From: Perna viridis
Lineage: Eukaryota
DNA: 64,000 bases
NCBI GenBank assembly: GCA_037379345.1
Contig: CM074518.1
Coordinates: 11,532,001-11,596,000 of the forward strand
Reading direction: 5' to 3'
In this document: one piece after another, positions 1 to 12,000 of the stretch
How positions within the stretch are numbered: the stretch's first letter is position 1
How the letters are laid out: every line of letters begins with the position of its first letter
The notes under the pieces: generated by a model
Database searches by the model: none
What the model was told of the DNA's origin: nothing
Seen by the model: only the letters and a program-made list of their open reading frames with translations
Program-made: the position numbers and the translations under genes

Positions 1-2534
1 AACAGCTCTGTCTGGGGTTCAAAGACTTACGAGTTTAAACCTGGAGTTGAGATGACCACAACTGATCCAATGGGTAAAGGAATGAAGGTATTGTTCTACA
101 TGCGGCAGGGTGAAAATCAAGCATAAATGGTATATGCTAACCGAGAGGCAATTTTAGCGTTTACATCGAAAGAGTGCGTTAATGTACATAGTACCATTCA
201 CATGCGTTTCCTAAAAGTCTTACTGTATTCTTGATTGCTTTTCTCGCGTAGACTTATTGCAGTGTGGTTTGTTTTCCTCGTAGTCTTAATGCATTCTGGT
301 TTGTTTCCTCTTAGTCTTATTGTATTCAGGTTAATTTTCTTCCTAGTCTTAATGCACTCTGGTTCGTCCCAGTGTGGTGATATTGCATTATGGTTTTTTT
401 CCCTTGTATAGTCTTAATGCATCCTATAACGAGAATGTGTATGGTGAATATGTCTGAGAGACAACAACGCCACCGGGATAAAAATGTCAGCTTAAGGCCA
501 CCCATTTGTCTTTAATGAACGACGAGGGAGCCCTAACACCACAAATCAGTGCGAAGCTGGCTAGTTTGTTTCCCTTGTAGTCTTGATGCCTTCTGGTTTA
601 TTTCTATTTAGTATTATTGCATTATGGTTGGTTTCATCGTAGTCATAGACTTATCGTATTCTGGTTTATTTTCATCGTAGTCCTAATGTACTCGGGTTCG
701 TCCCCTCGTAGTCTTATTACATTGAGATTGTATATCTCCTTGTCTTAATGCATTCCGGTTTGTTTCCTTTCAGTATAATTGTGTTCTGGTTGGTTTCCTC
801 GCTGTATTCTGGTTTGGTTTCCTCGTTGTATTCTGGTTTGTTTTCCTCGTAGTCTTAACACATTTTGATTCCTTTCCTTCTAGTCATGTTGCATTATGGT
901 TGGTTTTCCTCGTAGTTTTAATGCGTCCTAGTGTTTTCATCGTGGTATTAATGCATTCTGGTATATTTCTACTTAATTATATTGCATTGTATTTGTTTTT
1001 CGAAGTCTTATTGCATTTATTGTTTGTTCCCGTCGTAGTCTCATTACTGTTCTTTTATGTTGTCGTAGTTGTATTGCATTCTGGTTTGTTTCATTGTAGC
1101 CTCATTGCAATATATCGTGGCCTTAATTCTTTCTGGTGTGTTACTTGTAGTCTAATTGCATTGTGGTTTGTTTCCCTCGTTGTCTTAATGCAGTCGCGTT
1201 TGTTTCCTTTCAGTATTATTGCATTCCGGTTTGTATCATCGTAATCGTAGTCTTTTTGTATACTGGTTTGTTTTCATCGTAGTCTTATCACGCTCTGATT
1301 TTTTCACTTCTACTCATTTTGTATTATGGTTTGATTCCCTCGTAGTCTTAATCCATCCTTGCTTTTTTTTTATTCTAGTATGTTTCTACTTAATTCTATT
1401 GCAATGTGTCCTTTTCCCTCATTGCATTGTGTTTTTCTAGTAGACTTATTGCATTTTTTTTTGTTACATCGTATTCTGATTGCATTACTGTTTGTAAAAT
1501 TTGATTGCATTCTTGATTGTTTCAGCACACCATAAATTTTGAATCTGATACAATAATGAGAGAAACACAAAAATCGGAAATGGCAAATTGGGTTCCGATG
1601 ACGGTAGTACGGGAAGTTAAAGATGGTAAAATACACGAGGTATGTGTAATGGTAATAACGAAATCGACTGATTCTTCCTTAGTTAAAGAGTAATCAAGGG
1701 AACCAAGGTTATAGCGGTAATCAAAAGAATGTTATCCAGGGACAAAGACTGACATTGAAAACAGACATTCACAACAAAGAACATAAATTAACTAAAATCA
1801 TACATAGAAAGCAGCAAAAGTAAATGAGCAACTCGGACTCCACTAAAAACTGGGAGCATGGAACAGATGCACCGGTAGGGTAAGCGACCTCTGCTTTTCT
1901 AGAAACAGCCGCCGAGTTGCTCATAAAAAGTCAAGTCCGGGGTAGACGAATGAGGAAGTTATTTAGTATAATACCGTAGATTTGTTATTTGAATTTACAG
2001 AACAGAAAGTAGTTATTAGCAAAAGCCTCAAACAAAGTAGCAATAATAATTTTATTCAACAATCAAATATAAGATTCGTGGTTCAGGAAAGCCAAACCGC
2101 ACAAGCAATATTTTTTTCATCTACATACGACTTTAATTTAGTCCTTTCTGTCTGAAACAAGTTACAGCATGTTTGGATCAAATCTTGCATACCATTTGGA
2201 TATAGTAGGATGTCACACGGCTATCGGATTTTTAAGTGTGTGATATTTGTTGGTTTTGTTTCTGCACTTGTCCCTTAGTATCTTTTTAGAATGACGCTCT
2301 GATGACTTACGTTTCACTAAATTTCACAGGAAACTATTACTGAGCTGTCGTTGACTTTTTATACAATCAGTTTATGTGTTTTCTTTCAAAATTGGGTCGC
2401 ACTGAAACAGCGATGCGAAATTGAGTATAAATTATTTTCATTATCTCTCCTAAAGTTAATCAGCTTTTACTTGATTGTAGACAACAACTATTGAAAGTGG
2501 AGTTTCAATGACGTCATTTATGACGAAAGCCTAA
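1..2534 (+). CDS. FABP-family lipid-binding protein, copy A1 (5' part outside window); exons <1-87, 1526-1639, 2481-2534
   Basis: Spliced translation ...NSSVWGSKTYEFKPGVEMTTTDPMGKGMK|HTINFESDTIMRETQKSEMANWVPMTVVREVKDGKIHE|TTTIESGVSMTSFMTKA*; GT-AG introns; exon 3/4 sizes (114, 54 nt) identical to the downstream paralogs; AATAAA near 2742. Confidence 0.88.
215..1520. repeat. Degenerate ~31-nt minisatellite filling intron 2 of FABP A1
   Basis: Many diverged copies of TAGTCTTA(A/T)TGCATTCTGGTTTGTTT(T)CCTCG; interrupted at ~425-560 by an unrelated insert. Confidence 0.85.
1686..1958 (-). mobile_element. 5'-truncated 3' tail of the Penelope-like element family
   Basis: Reverse complement of the tail at 7073-7403 and 30690-30969, sharing the ...CTTGATTACTCTT 3' end. 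Confidence 0.8.
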
Positions 2535-2772
2535 TTGATGATGTTATTAATGCACTCTTTTGTTAGTGTTCATCGACTGTCTGCAACTGATGCTGTTTCG
2601 GATAAAGACAATTGATAGAGATAAAACAGTAGCTCAAAAAAAAACTAGTATCATCAACAATTCTGATATCGTAGTTCAATATGCACATGGTTCTTCTGAC
2701 TCTTGGAACTTTTTTAAAGGATAGATTGCCGTATTTCGCTAAATAAATCAATAATAAAAACATTTGAAAGCT

Positions 2773-2945
2773 CAATCAAGGGAAACAATCCAGTGACAAA
2801 GACCAGACAGGGAAAACAAACATACACAACACAGAACATATGATAACCAAAATAAAACATACAAAGAAAGTGGGAGAATGAACCAGGTGCATCGGTAGGG
2901 TAAGTATGCTCTGCTTTTCTAGAACAATCCACCGTGTTGCTCGTA
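2773..2945 (-). mobile_element. Degenerate, internally deleted copy of the same Penelope-like 3' tail
   Basis: AATCAAGGGAA...CCAGGTGCATCGGTAGGGTAAG...TTTTCTAGAA matches the family on the - strand. Confidence 0.7.
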
Positions 2946-4021
2946 AAAGTAGGATGTCAATGTGTCAGAGTATTTGAAAAAAAACTTTCTCGTCAGCCCT
3001 TGGTCTATTAAAAACAGAGATAATACGACGCAGAGTTGCAACTACTTAGTACACGAAACAAAACAAAAAAACAAGAACTACTTGACTGTCATTGCCGTTA
3101 TGGTAAATGGTGTTTTGAGACAATATGAAAACAATTGTTTTTTCTTCTTATTTCCTGATTGATCGTGCAAATCAATTATTTGAAAATCCCTCTGAAGTTT
3201 AATATGTAAAACAAACACAAAGGTATTCTCCAAATCTAACTCACCTTATAAATGAACTTTCCTATGACCGATGCATTCTGGATAATATGGAAATTACGCA
3301 AGTCAATTAGGTCTTAAATGAAAGTACAAATGTCAAAGCATTTTTTCGACTAAACACTGCCCTAAAAGTATTTTTTTGAAAATTGTAGGCTAAAAAACTA
3401 ATTTATTTACAAAAAAAAATAAGATCAACACAGTATTTTATTTCAATGATCCATTAAGCTTTCAATTTACATTTATTTCTCAATCGACAATTCAACTTTG
3501 GAATAAGCAATATCTATAACAAAACGCTGTTACATGTATCTAAACGCTGTTACATGTATTTTAACTTTAAAGATTAAATGTATGTGAGAGGCATGGACTC
3601 ACAATAGCAAATGTTATGCCCGTATAAGGCAGTAGCTTTTGTAAGAGACGAGTATCTCAACGATATTTTTGCAGAAATGCCGATAAAGGGGGCGCTGACT
3701 AGCATAATGGACCTACTCCAGCGATTGTCTACGGTAAATAACATCCATAAATATTCCAGCAGAATGACGAAGACTTCTCCCCCCCCCCCCGCAAATTATT
3801 TTGGTGCGAGATTTTTTTCTGTTGCTCTTTGGGTTTCTTTTGGATTTTCTGTGTTAGAATATTTATACCATGTGATTGTTTTTTTCCACTGTCGGCAAAT
3901 GTCAGTCGAGGAATCAATTAAACGTCAGCATTTTAAATATATTTCTCTTTAAGGCTGTGTCAACGAATGTTTCAGCTTAACCTTTAACTATATCATTCAA
4001 TTATACTAAAAATATTTTTAT

Positions 4022-4477
4022 AACTCGGGTAAATTCACCTTCAAATCCCCTGTATTGAATAAGTAAATTTAAATGACCTCCAAAACGTATCCAAATATCA
4101 TGATTTAGGACAAATACATATACACGCATTTGTCATATTTGTAGAATAAAATTCAAGTCCATACTAGATAATACCGAAGGTAAATGTTTCATTATAAAGG
4201 ACTGAAGTGCATAAAATCAATAGATTTACCGATTTCATGTAGGTTTTCAGAAATGGCAGTCGAAGATGTCAAAAGCCGATAATTATTTTGGCATTCGCGA
4301 AAATGGGACATTGCAGTGTTGAATTCAGGAGAGGAAGGAAAATTGACAACGGCAGATAGATTCAACGCCAAACGAGCGGCATACTGGATTGTTGAATCGC
4401 AGCCTGAAACTGTGTGTGTCAAAATTGGTATTAGCTAGCGGAAAATGTCTTCATGCTAGTATAAAGATCTTGCTTAG
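4022..4477 (+). pseudogene. Relic of a B-type FABP gene: upstream region plus decayed exon 1
   Basis: Colinear similarity to 23430-23860 (TCATGATTTAGG, ACGCATTTGT..TATTTGTAGAATAAA, ATGTCAAAAGCCGATAATT, TTGCAGTGT, CTGCTTAG/TTGCTTAG); 26-nt deletion, splice donor lost, no downstream exons seen. Confidence 0.75.
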
Positions 4478-5240
4478 AATAAATAAAGCATTTTGTACGA
4501 TTAATCCAATTTTCATGTGCTGAAATCTTTGTTATTTCTGCCAATTGACAGAAGTGAATCATGCAATTAATTTTAAGGCATTTAAAGACATAAATAATTT
4601 GCCGATTTCGGTTACTGAATATAGATATGACATATTGACACTAAGCGAATTCACGAACAAAACACACACACATACACACTAACAAACATACGCACACTGA
4701 AACAAAATAAATTCGATGAGCAAGAAGAATGTACTGTTTATATACACCATATAGAAAAAAAGATTGATTAAATTCCCCAACCCTACCCATCCCTCCTTTT
4801 TATCTTGTGGTCATCAAAATTTGTCGACCTTAGTATCCTAGTGTCCCATCCCTTTTTTTATTTCGTCATCTCCATTTCATGTTCATTTTGTCATACTTTC
4901 ATGTTCATCGCCTGAATATAGCTGAAGTATTTCTGCTCGGGCGTTAAACCTCAATCAATCATTCAATCATATAGAAAAAAAGAATGTTCAAAGTCACTGA
5001 AAGCTGTCTCAGAACAAATCAAAAAGTGACAAAAGGATCAAAACTACGAGCATTAGAAATCACCAGTAACTAAAATTACAAAGGACTAGATATGGTGTAG
5101 TTACGTTAAATCCGCCAGGGGTAAATGTAAATTGCAATACCACAAAAAATGATCATGTTTTGCGTGGGTATGTAGTTAGTGGTCGTATATCTCTGAAAAA
5201 AAAAGGACTCGAGGAATTCTGAGACGTTTATATATATATA

Positions 5241-5470
5241 AGTCTCAGAATGTGACGACTATTCGCCACACTGCTCCATCGGATCAAATTGATACAGAGA
5301 AGATATATAAATAGCCTAGCTAGTTGAGTGATCTAGGGCGCTGGACTTTGTGCAGGCGGTGTTGCCATAGATGTCACAGCGGTACGAGTTCGAGTCCAAC
5401 GGAGGGAACGACCAAAAATTTGCATTGCAAATTTGACAGTTCTAACATCGTTGGGAATTTTTCAGACCTT
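5241..5470 (+). mobile_element. Short interspersed element with a tRNA-like core, embedded in (TA)n
   Basis: A-box-like TAGTTGAGTGATCTAGGGCG (~5321-5340) and B-box GAGTTCGAGTCC (5386-5397); (TA)n on both sides; acceptor stem does not close. Confidence 0.6.
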
Positions 5471-5500
5471 TATATATATATATATACAAAAAACCTTTGG

Positions 5501-5590
5501 AAGAGTAATCGAGGAAACGAAGGTTATAGCGGTATTCAAAAGAATGTAATTCAGGAACAAAGACCAGACATGGAAAACAGAAACCTTAAT
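5501..5590 (-). mobile_element. Short 3' end fragment of the Penelope-like family
   Basis: AAGAGTAATCGAGGAAACGAAGGTTATAGCGGTATTCAAAAGAATG matches the family 3' terminus. Confidence 0.7.
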
Positions 5591-7072
5591 ATAAAGCTTT
5601 CTAAGACGTGGAACAACAACTTAGTAGCAATTGAGCAATACAGCATACAAAGATTCCACATCTGTCTACTGATACCCATGCCATTTAGTTTATACAGTAG
5701 TATGTCTTGTCTCACTCGATCAACACTTCCTAGTTGTCTAAAAATAATATTTAACTGTTTCTTTAAGAGTATGAATTGCACGAAAAGCCCCATGGTCTTT
5801 TACAAACAATATGAATCATTACGTATTCACGAAAGAGTGTTTTATTATGTTATAGAGCAGTTCTTGATATATATTGATACCCAACAAACATAATAAGCGC
5901 CATCTATAGGAAGTAAGTACTTTGTCTCAGGGACCGTTCAATCTCCAGCAAGGGAGATTGTCTTTATTCTGCATTGGGTTACACTAAAAAATTTGCTTTG
6001 GATTAGCGCAAATGACGAGTTGTATTGATTCATTTGAGACAATCACATAAATCACACTCTATCACAAAACTACTATCACCCGATTCGATTTTTTCAATAA
6101 AATGTTTTCTATACTGCTTAAAAGAAAAAAATCTTTAAACAATGTATAGTACCCTATCGGTATTAGCTTTAGAATTAAATACATACAATGTCGTGATTGA
6201 AATATTGATCATCTACATTATTTCACATATAGAATATACCAAGATATTATATAAATCGGTCATTTAAGATCGGCAATATACTTAAACATCTAACACAGTA
6301 ACACATTAATATTTCAATTCGCCATAATATTTAGACCGTCATATGGAGACTGATGACACCAAAAGTATACATAGAACTGATCGGACACCACAACGTTAAA
6401 CTATATATAGCAAAATATTTACAAGAAGTGCCCATATCAAGACTGATTCCAGTAAAATTTATAACATGTAGTACTGCCAAAATTGGGTAGGCTAAAAAGA
6501 ATATCATATCATTGCACAGATCATATATCAAATCTATAAATAGCCTTTGATGGGTCAGTGTAAATATTATGCAATCATTTTGATCAAGTTGACATGTAAG
6601 GTGTTTTTACAGTAACACAGGAATTGTAAATTAAAAAACATAGAATGTAAGGTCTAGTTATGCATGCCCAAAAATCACTTACTACAATATTTGGTCTTTT
6701 TCTAGTCATGTGAAGCCACACAAAAGAATGTGAACAACATTTTCAGTGCAAAATATGTCGATCTGTAACATACAATAGCGGTCACATTGAAAAATTCTAC
6801 CATTTTGAATTTTAAGGTGAGTCAAAAGTAGATATTTGATACTGTCTGTTCGTGGTGCCCAACACTAATTCCAAGCCACAAATGGTACTTCCATTATCAA
6901 ACCAATTTTTTTTCTCATACCAACATTGCGTCCTCTAATTTCTAAGTTCCTTTCGGATTTCTCAGATATAAACTGCCTATTCATTTCCGTTTGTTTTTGT
7001 TTTTGTTTTTTTTACATTTCTGCAACATGTAGATCAATAATATCACATTTCAGGTATAAAAAAATCAGTACT

Positions 7073-7403
7073 TATAGTGTATCCATCAGCACCATGAAAA
7101 CTGATGTATTCAACGGGTCATAGTTTTCCTTTCCTCGTTTGTCTACCCTGGACTTGACTTTTCATGAGCAACTCGGCGGGTGTTTCTAGAAAAGCAAAGG
7201 ACGCTTACCCTACCGGTGCACCTGGTCCATGCTCCCAGTTTTTAGTGGAGTCCGAGTTGCTCATTTGCTTTTGTTACTTTGTATGTATGATTTTAGTTAC
7301 TTTGTGTTCTTTGTTGTGTGTGTCTGTTTGCCATGTCCGGTCTTTGTCCCTGGATTGCATTCTTTTGATTACTGCTATAACCTTGGTTCCCTTGATTACT
7401 CTT
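7073..7403 (+). mobile_element. 5'-truncated Penelope-like element (last RT codons plus 3' tail)
   Basis: Near-identical to 30637-30969; encodes YSVSISTMKTDVFNGS* followed by the structured tail. Confidence 0.85.
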
Positions 7404-9088
7404 TATACCTTAAAAGAAAATCTTATCGCCTCTAAAACGTTAGAGAAGGATTGAATCTACTTTGAACGCGTTTTGTGCTTACTCATGACATGTTGGTGAT
7501 ATTGAATATCAGTGTCTTAAGTTTTGTCTCGTTTCATATCTTCTTGTGCAGATTGAAATCCTTTGATCAACTTTGCCATTCCATGATTTCACCCAGTGTC
7601 TTATTTGTAGCATTTCACCGCCGAACCAATAAATATCCCTATCATCTCCTTTGACAGTTTGACGTTCGAGTAAAACGAGAGCTTGCTGTGAGATTTTGGT
7701 ATCACAACTTTTTCATTGTCAAACATGCTACATATAGCTGAATTTGTCAGAGCTTGAGTGGTAAAATGCAAAACATCATTAAATTAAAATTTTCTATTAC
7801 TAGTGCAATGGAATCTTGAACGAATTGAGTTTAAAGCCTCAAGTTATCGATTTGAACCGCAATGTGACATACTGGTAGTGAAAAAAAGGTGGATGTAATT
7901 GTCACTATGTTGTTGTGCCATTACTCGAAGGATACCAGACTCTATTCTGGTTCTTCGTAAAAAATAAAAGTCTTATTTGTCCTTTCCTCGTATTTCTGTA
8001 ATTTCATGGACTTCGAGATCGTTATACATGTGACGCTTTCAAAAATAAATCTTTGGATTTTGATGAATTACTGTTATCTTGAAGCAATGCACTCTTTCAT
8101 TCACTGTTTTCTTAACAGTAATGGTGCGATTACTTCTGTTTGAAGACCAACGGACAAGACAACTTTGTGATATTCTAAAGAAAAGATTCACCAAAAGGTA
8201 CGCCACGTGTCATTGCAAGTATTGGACTATGATTTAGAATTATAATTTTCTCTATTTTGCTTAAAGTCCCTTTGATTTTGCTTTACGTTCATTTTCAAGC
8301 TTATGCCAGTCGAGTGAGAATGAAAATTATCGTTTAGCTGCGCAACATACCTGACGTCACGTAGCACTCCGCCGAAAAATAGTTCCGAAAGGAAACTTTG
8401 CAGCGATTATAAAACTTACATTTTAGGTTAGGAAAACTGAAAATAAAAGAAAACTACACTTCAGCAACACAGGGATAAACAGATTATTCATTTTTTTTTA
8501 AAACTCGCGTTGAAAAAATATTGAAGAGACTAATAATTTTATGTGTTTTATTCTACTCTCTACTCTCATTGTGCCATATATTTGATCTCTTTCTAATCCT
8601 GAGTAGCCAAATATAAAAAAAAACATATTCAGTGCAAAATGGTATTTTTATGTTCAGTGAAAGCCATCATTAAAAGTTTGCCATTATGATTCTTCAAGGT
8701 GGGTCCATAGCTGATATTGGATGTTGCTTTTGGGCTCCTACACTACAATCTTGCCTATTATGATGCTTTCATCACTAAATCCCTTTTTTGCCTAAGCAAA
8801 CTCTTAGGTATTTTGACTACAAACAAAACGTCTGAAAGGTCGGTCAAAAATTGAGTTTTACAATATCATAAATTTCAATATGCTTAAATAAAGCGGTAGA
8901 CATTTCTACACAATAGTGTATTCAATTTACAACCCTTTTGTGTCTGTATATGAGGTAATCTTTAAATACCTGTAATATAAACTGCTTTCAAACATGAGTG
9001 CATAACACAGTAAATACAGGTTTCTAAATTTGTATTATAATCTCATTTGACGCAGGTTCTTCTAGAAGGTTTGAAACATCAGTTTAAC

Positions 9089-12000
9089 ATGGCAGCATTC
9101 ATTGGGAAATGGAAGGGGGATATGACTACTGCTACTAATTACGATGAGTTCTGTAAAGCCTCAGGTAGGACTGTCATATAGTTGCGAATTTTATATCTGC
9201 TTCTTTCTCATTTTTCGCGTAATAAAATGAGATTATGACCAGCATTCGCTTTCAAAGAAAGTTCTGGGTCGAATACATGAGGATTTTACACAATTTTCGG
9301 GATATATTTCACTCAAGCAATTTTAATTCATTCCATATTTAAAAGTATGTCCATTGCTAGCACAGTTTTCAATTGTTTTACATTGGTGGCAGTGATAAAA
9401 AGTTCGATCGAAATCCGTGATTTGTAAGCAAAAAATTTGCCTATTTCGATTTTTGTTTTAAATTTCATCGATTCCTTATAAAAAGTTCCTGTCTGCATTA
9501 TTCAATCAGTTTTCAGATTTCTCTCTGTGGTTCCGATTTACAAGGGGCCAAAGGGATCACTTGTTAAAAATTGACTTTTTTATATTTTGTCCTATATTTA
9601 AATTTTCAATTTAAGGAAATGTTTTTTTCTGTATTGTGTCCATAATGAACTGTAAGTATATGGGCCATTCGAAGAGTTTTAATTGTATGACAAATGTTGT
9701 GCTGCATTTGTACCCAAACCAGTTGTCGACTGTAAGTCTTTATTCTTAAGTGTGTAAAAATCTAGTATTGTGTCCACTCTTGCCCTAAGTGAACAGAGTT
9801 CGATATGCTGTGGTCATATTTTCATTTGCTCGGCGAAGCTCTTTATTTTTTAAAAGGAATTCCTCGTCACGGTAATGAATACGAATGCAACAAACATTAA
9901 AATACCAAAATACACAATATCATTGACTAACGTTCGAATATTGGCCCATATATGGTCAAAACTGCAAATACAATACAAAATACAAAAGTGCGCCAATACG
10001 AGATATAGCCTCAATATTCGTGAAGATGATGATGATAATTCAACTAGATTGCAAACTCTGAATAGAGTTAATCATCAACTATGTCTGATTGATAGTTTGA
10101 GAATCAATACATAGGAAAACCTGCACGACATGTTTTGACAACAAAAGAAAAACATTTAATTTTCATATGTTTTTTCATATTATTTAGGATTACCATGAGT
10201 CACATATGAAAAACAATTAAATAAATATCATATGGAATTTATAAGTTTGTCATTAAGATTCAAATATGAAAATAATAAGGTTTTCATATGATGATCGTAA
10301 AAAAATATCCTTTATTTATTTTTAATATTACTAAAACATTTTTTACCATACCGGTCATAAACTTGTTTAATATGTTTTAAAACATATGAATAATGTATTT
10401 TTTCCCTTTGTAAATGTAAACAAAAGAAGTCGGGAAAGTGAAGAAATAGGACGACTGGGTGTTTTATTATCTTTTTCACACTTTTCATCTTTTTTTTTAG
10501 TGTAAACGATTCATAGTAGAACGTGTATATAAGTAGCACTCCAGCTAAGAATCACGCAAAATCTGCAGCATCTTTGGAAATACCTACATATTTTTTAATT
10601 TTGATATGTTGTTTGAAATGTTTAAATAAACAGAAATTTTCTTAGAAATCTTGTTCTTAAAGATATATATTATATAGAATGTTCCGTAGAATTCAATATT
10701 AAGGGAGATAACACTGTAAATGACACTAAAATACAGTAGAAACCATTGCATTTTCAATGTGACTTATCTTTGAGCAGACTTGTTGGAATGAATGATTATA
10801 CATTTCATCATATAGACATATACAGCTACTTATTTACAATAATAAAAATGTGTATCACATGTTGCAGAATTTTCATGATTGTTACAAAGACTGATACTTA
10901 AGTATACCTTAATAAATTTTGATCTTATAATAAATCTTCTGGGTGTATATTTCAAACAGCAAAATAAAATAAGTAATTGAAGTTAATTGTTTGGTTTCCC
11001 ATTGTAGTATGCTAGACGTTCTACGGGACCTGGAAACCATGTCCATGTAAACTAGATTTCGTGCGTTTAAGTGGTCTTTGAGTTTTATTTGTTAGTCATT
11101 CTATAATGCTGAGACCGATAAACTGTCTATTGATTGTATTTAATGGTTATGACTCCATTTTTTATGATTAAACATCATCGCAAGAAAATATTTCAACAAA
11201 GATATAGAAAGATACAGCAAAACGACAAATTTTTCGGTTGGCGTATGAAACGTTCTTTTTATAACTTTGGTCCACTGGCATTTCTCAACGAGAGCATCAA
11301 AAGGGAAGAATAGTGGCTACTAGATCTGGCATCCCTAAAAACCGACTCTGAATGTTAAGATCCAAAGACTGAAGTAGGTGGTATATAAAGGACAAACCCG
11401 GGCCATTTTGTCTAGGATTCTGGTCATAAGTTTAGGACCAATTTATACAAGTCTAACTGTTTGAAATTTTCAATAAACTCTATGTAAAAAGCTTTCTTCC
11501 TGAACATACAGTTTTGATAAAATCAGATAGAGGAAGATACAAAATATGGCAAAATACAATAATCATTCATTATTTAACGCTTTGATTGGTTATAAAGCAT
11601 CTTCGAAACCATTACATTGTATGTGTTTTGTTTTGTTTAGTTTATTCATATATTAATTCTGTTTTAATTTTTGTGTTTAATTGTGTGATTTGAGAAGAAA
11701 AAATTTCAAAAGTGCGCTTTGTTAAAAATGTAATTTTTGGGGTTGAAAAGATAAAATACAGGAACAGTACACCTCGCGCAGCTTATTACGACACATTTGG
11801 CTTGTAGTTTTATTCTTACAAATCCATTTGGTAAATTGTATACATAGAACTGTGTGAGATCGTTGTAGGAAACGGAGCCAATTATTTAGAATAAAGAACC
11901 TTACAATTATTTAGAAAAAACGGAATTATTTAAATGCTAGGCACGAATTTACTGAATTACATTACGCACACGTCTACCCGGCTATTATAGTTGTGCCTTA

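Noticed and set aside
900-1440. Hydrophobic ORFs 900-1244 and 1219-1440 resembling membrane proteins
   Set aside because: Translations of the T-rich intronic minisatellite; no independent gene structure.
5313-5408. Possible tRNA gene
   Set aside because: A and B boxes are present, but the acceptor stem and anticodon arm do not fold canonically; treated as a tRNA-derived repeat.
7164-7454. Repeated ORF MSNSAGVSRKA... (also 30729-31022)
   Set aside because: Lies in the non-coding 3' tail of the retroelement; the start codon is not conserved (GTG in the second copy) and the ORF runs into unrelated flanks.
8352-8359. CRE palindrome TGACGTCA ~730 nt upstream of FABP A2
   Set aside because: A single 8-mer that also occurs in introns and coding exons here; no counterpart seen upstream of the paralogs.
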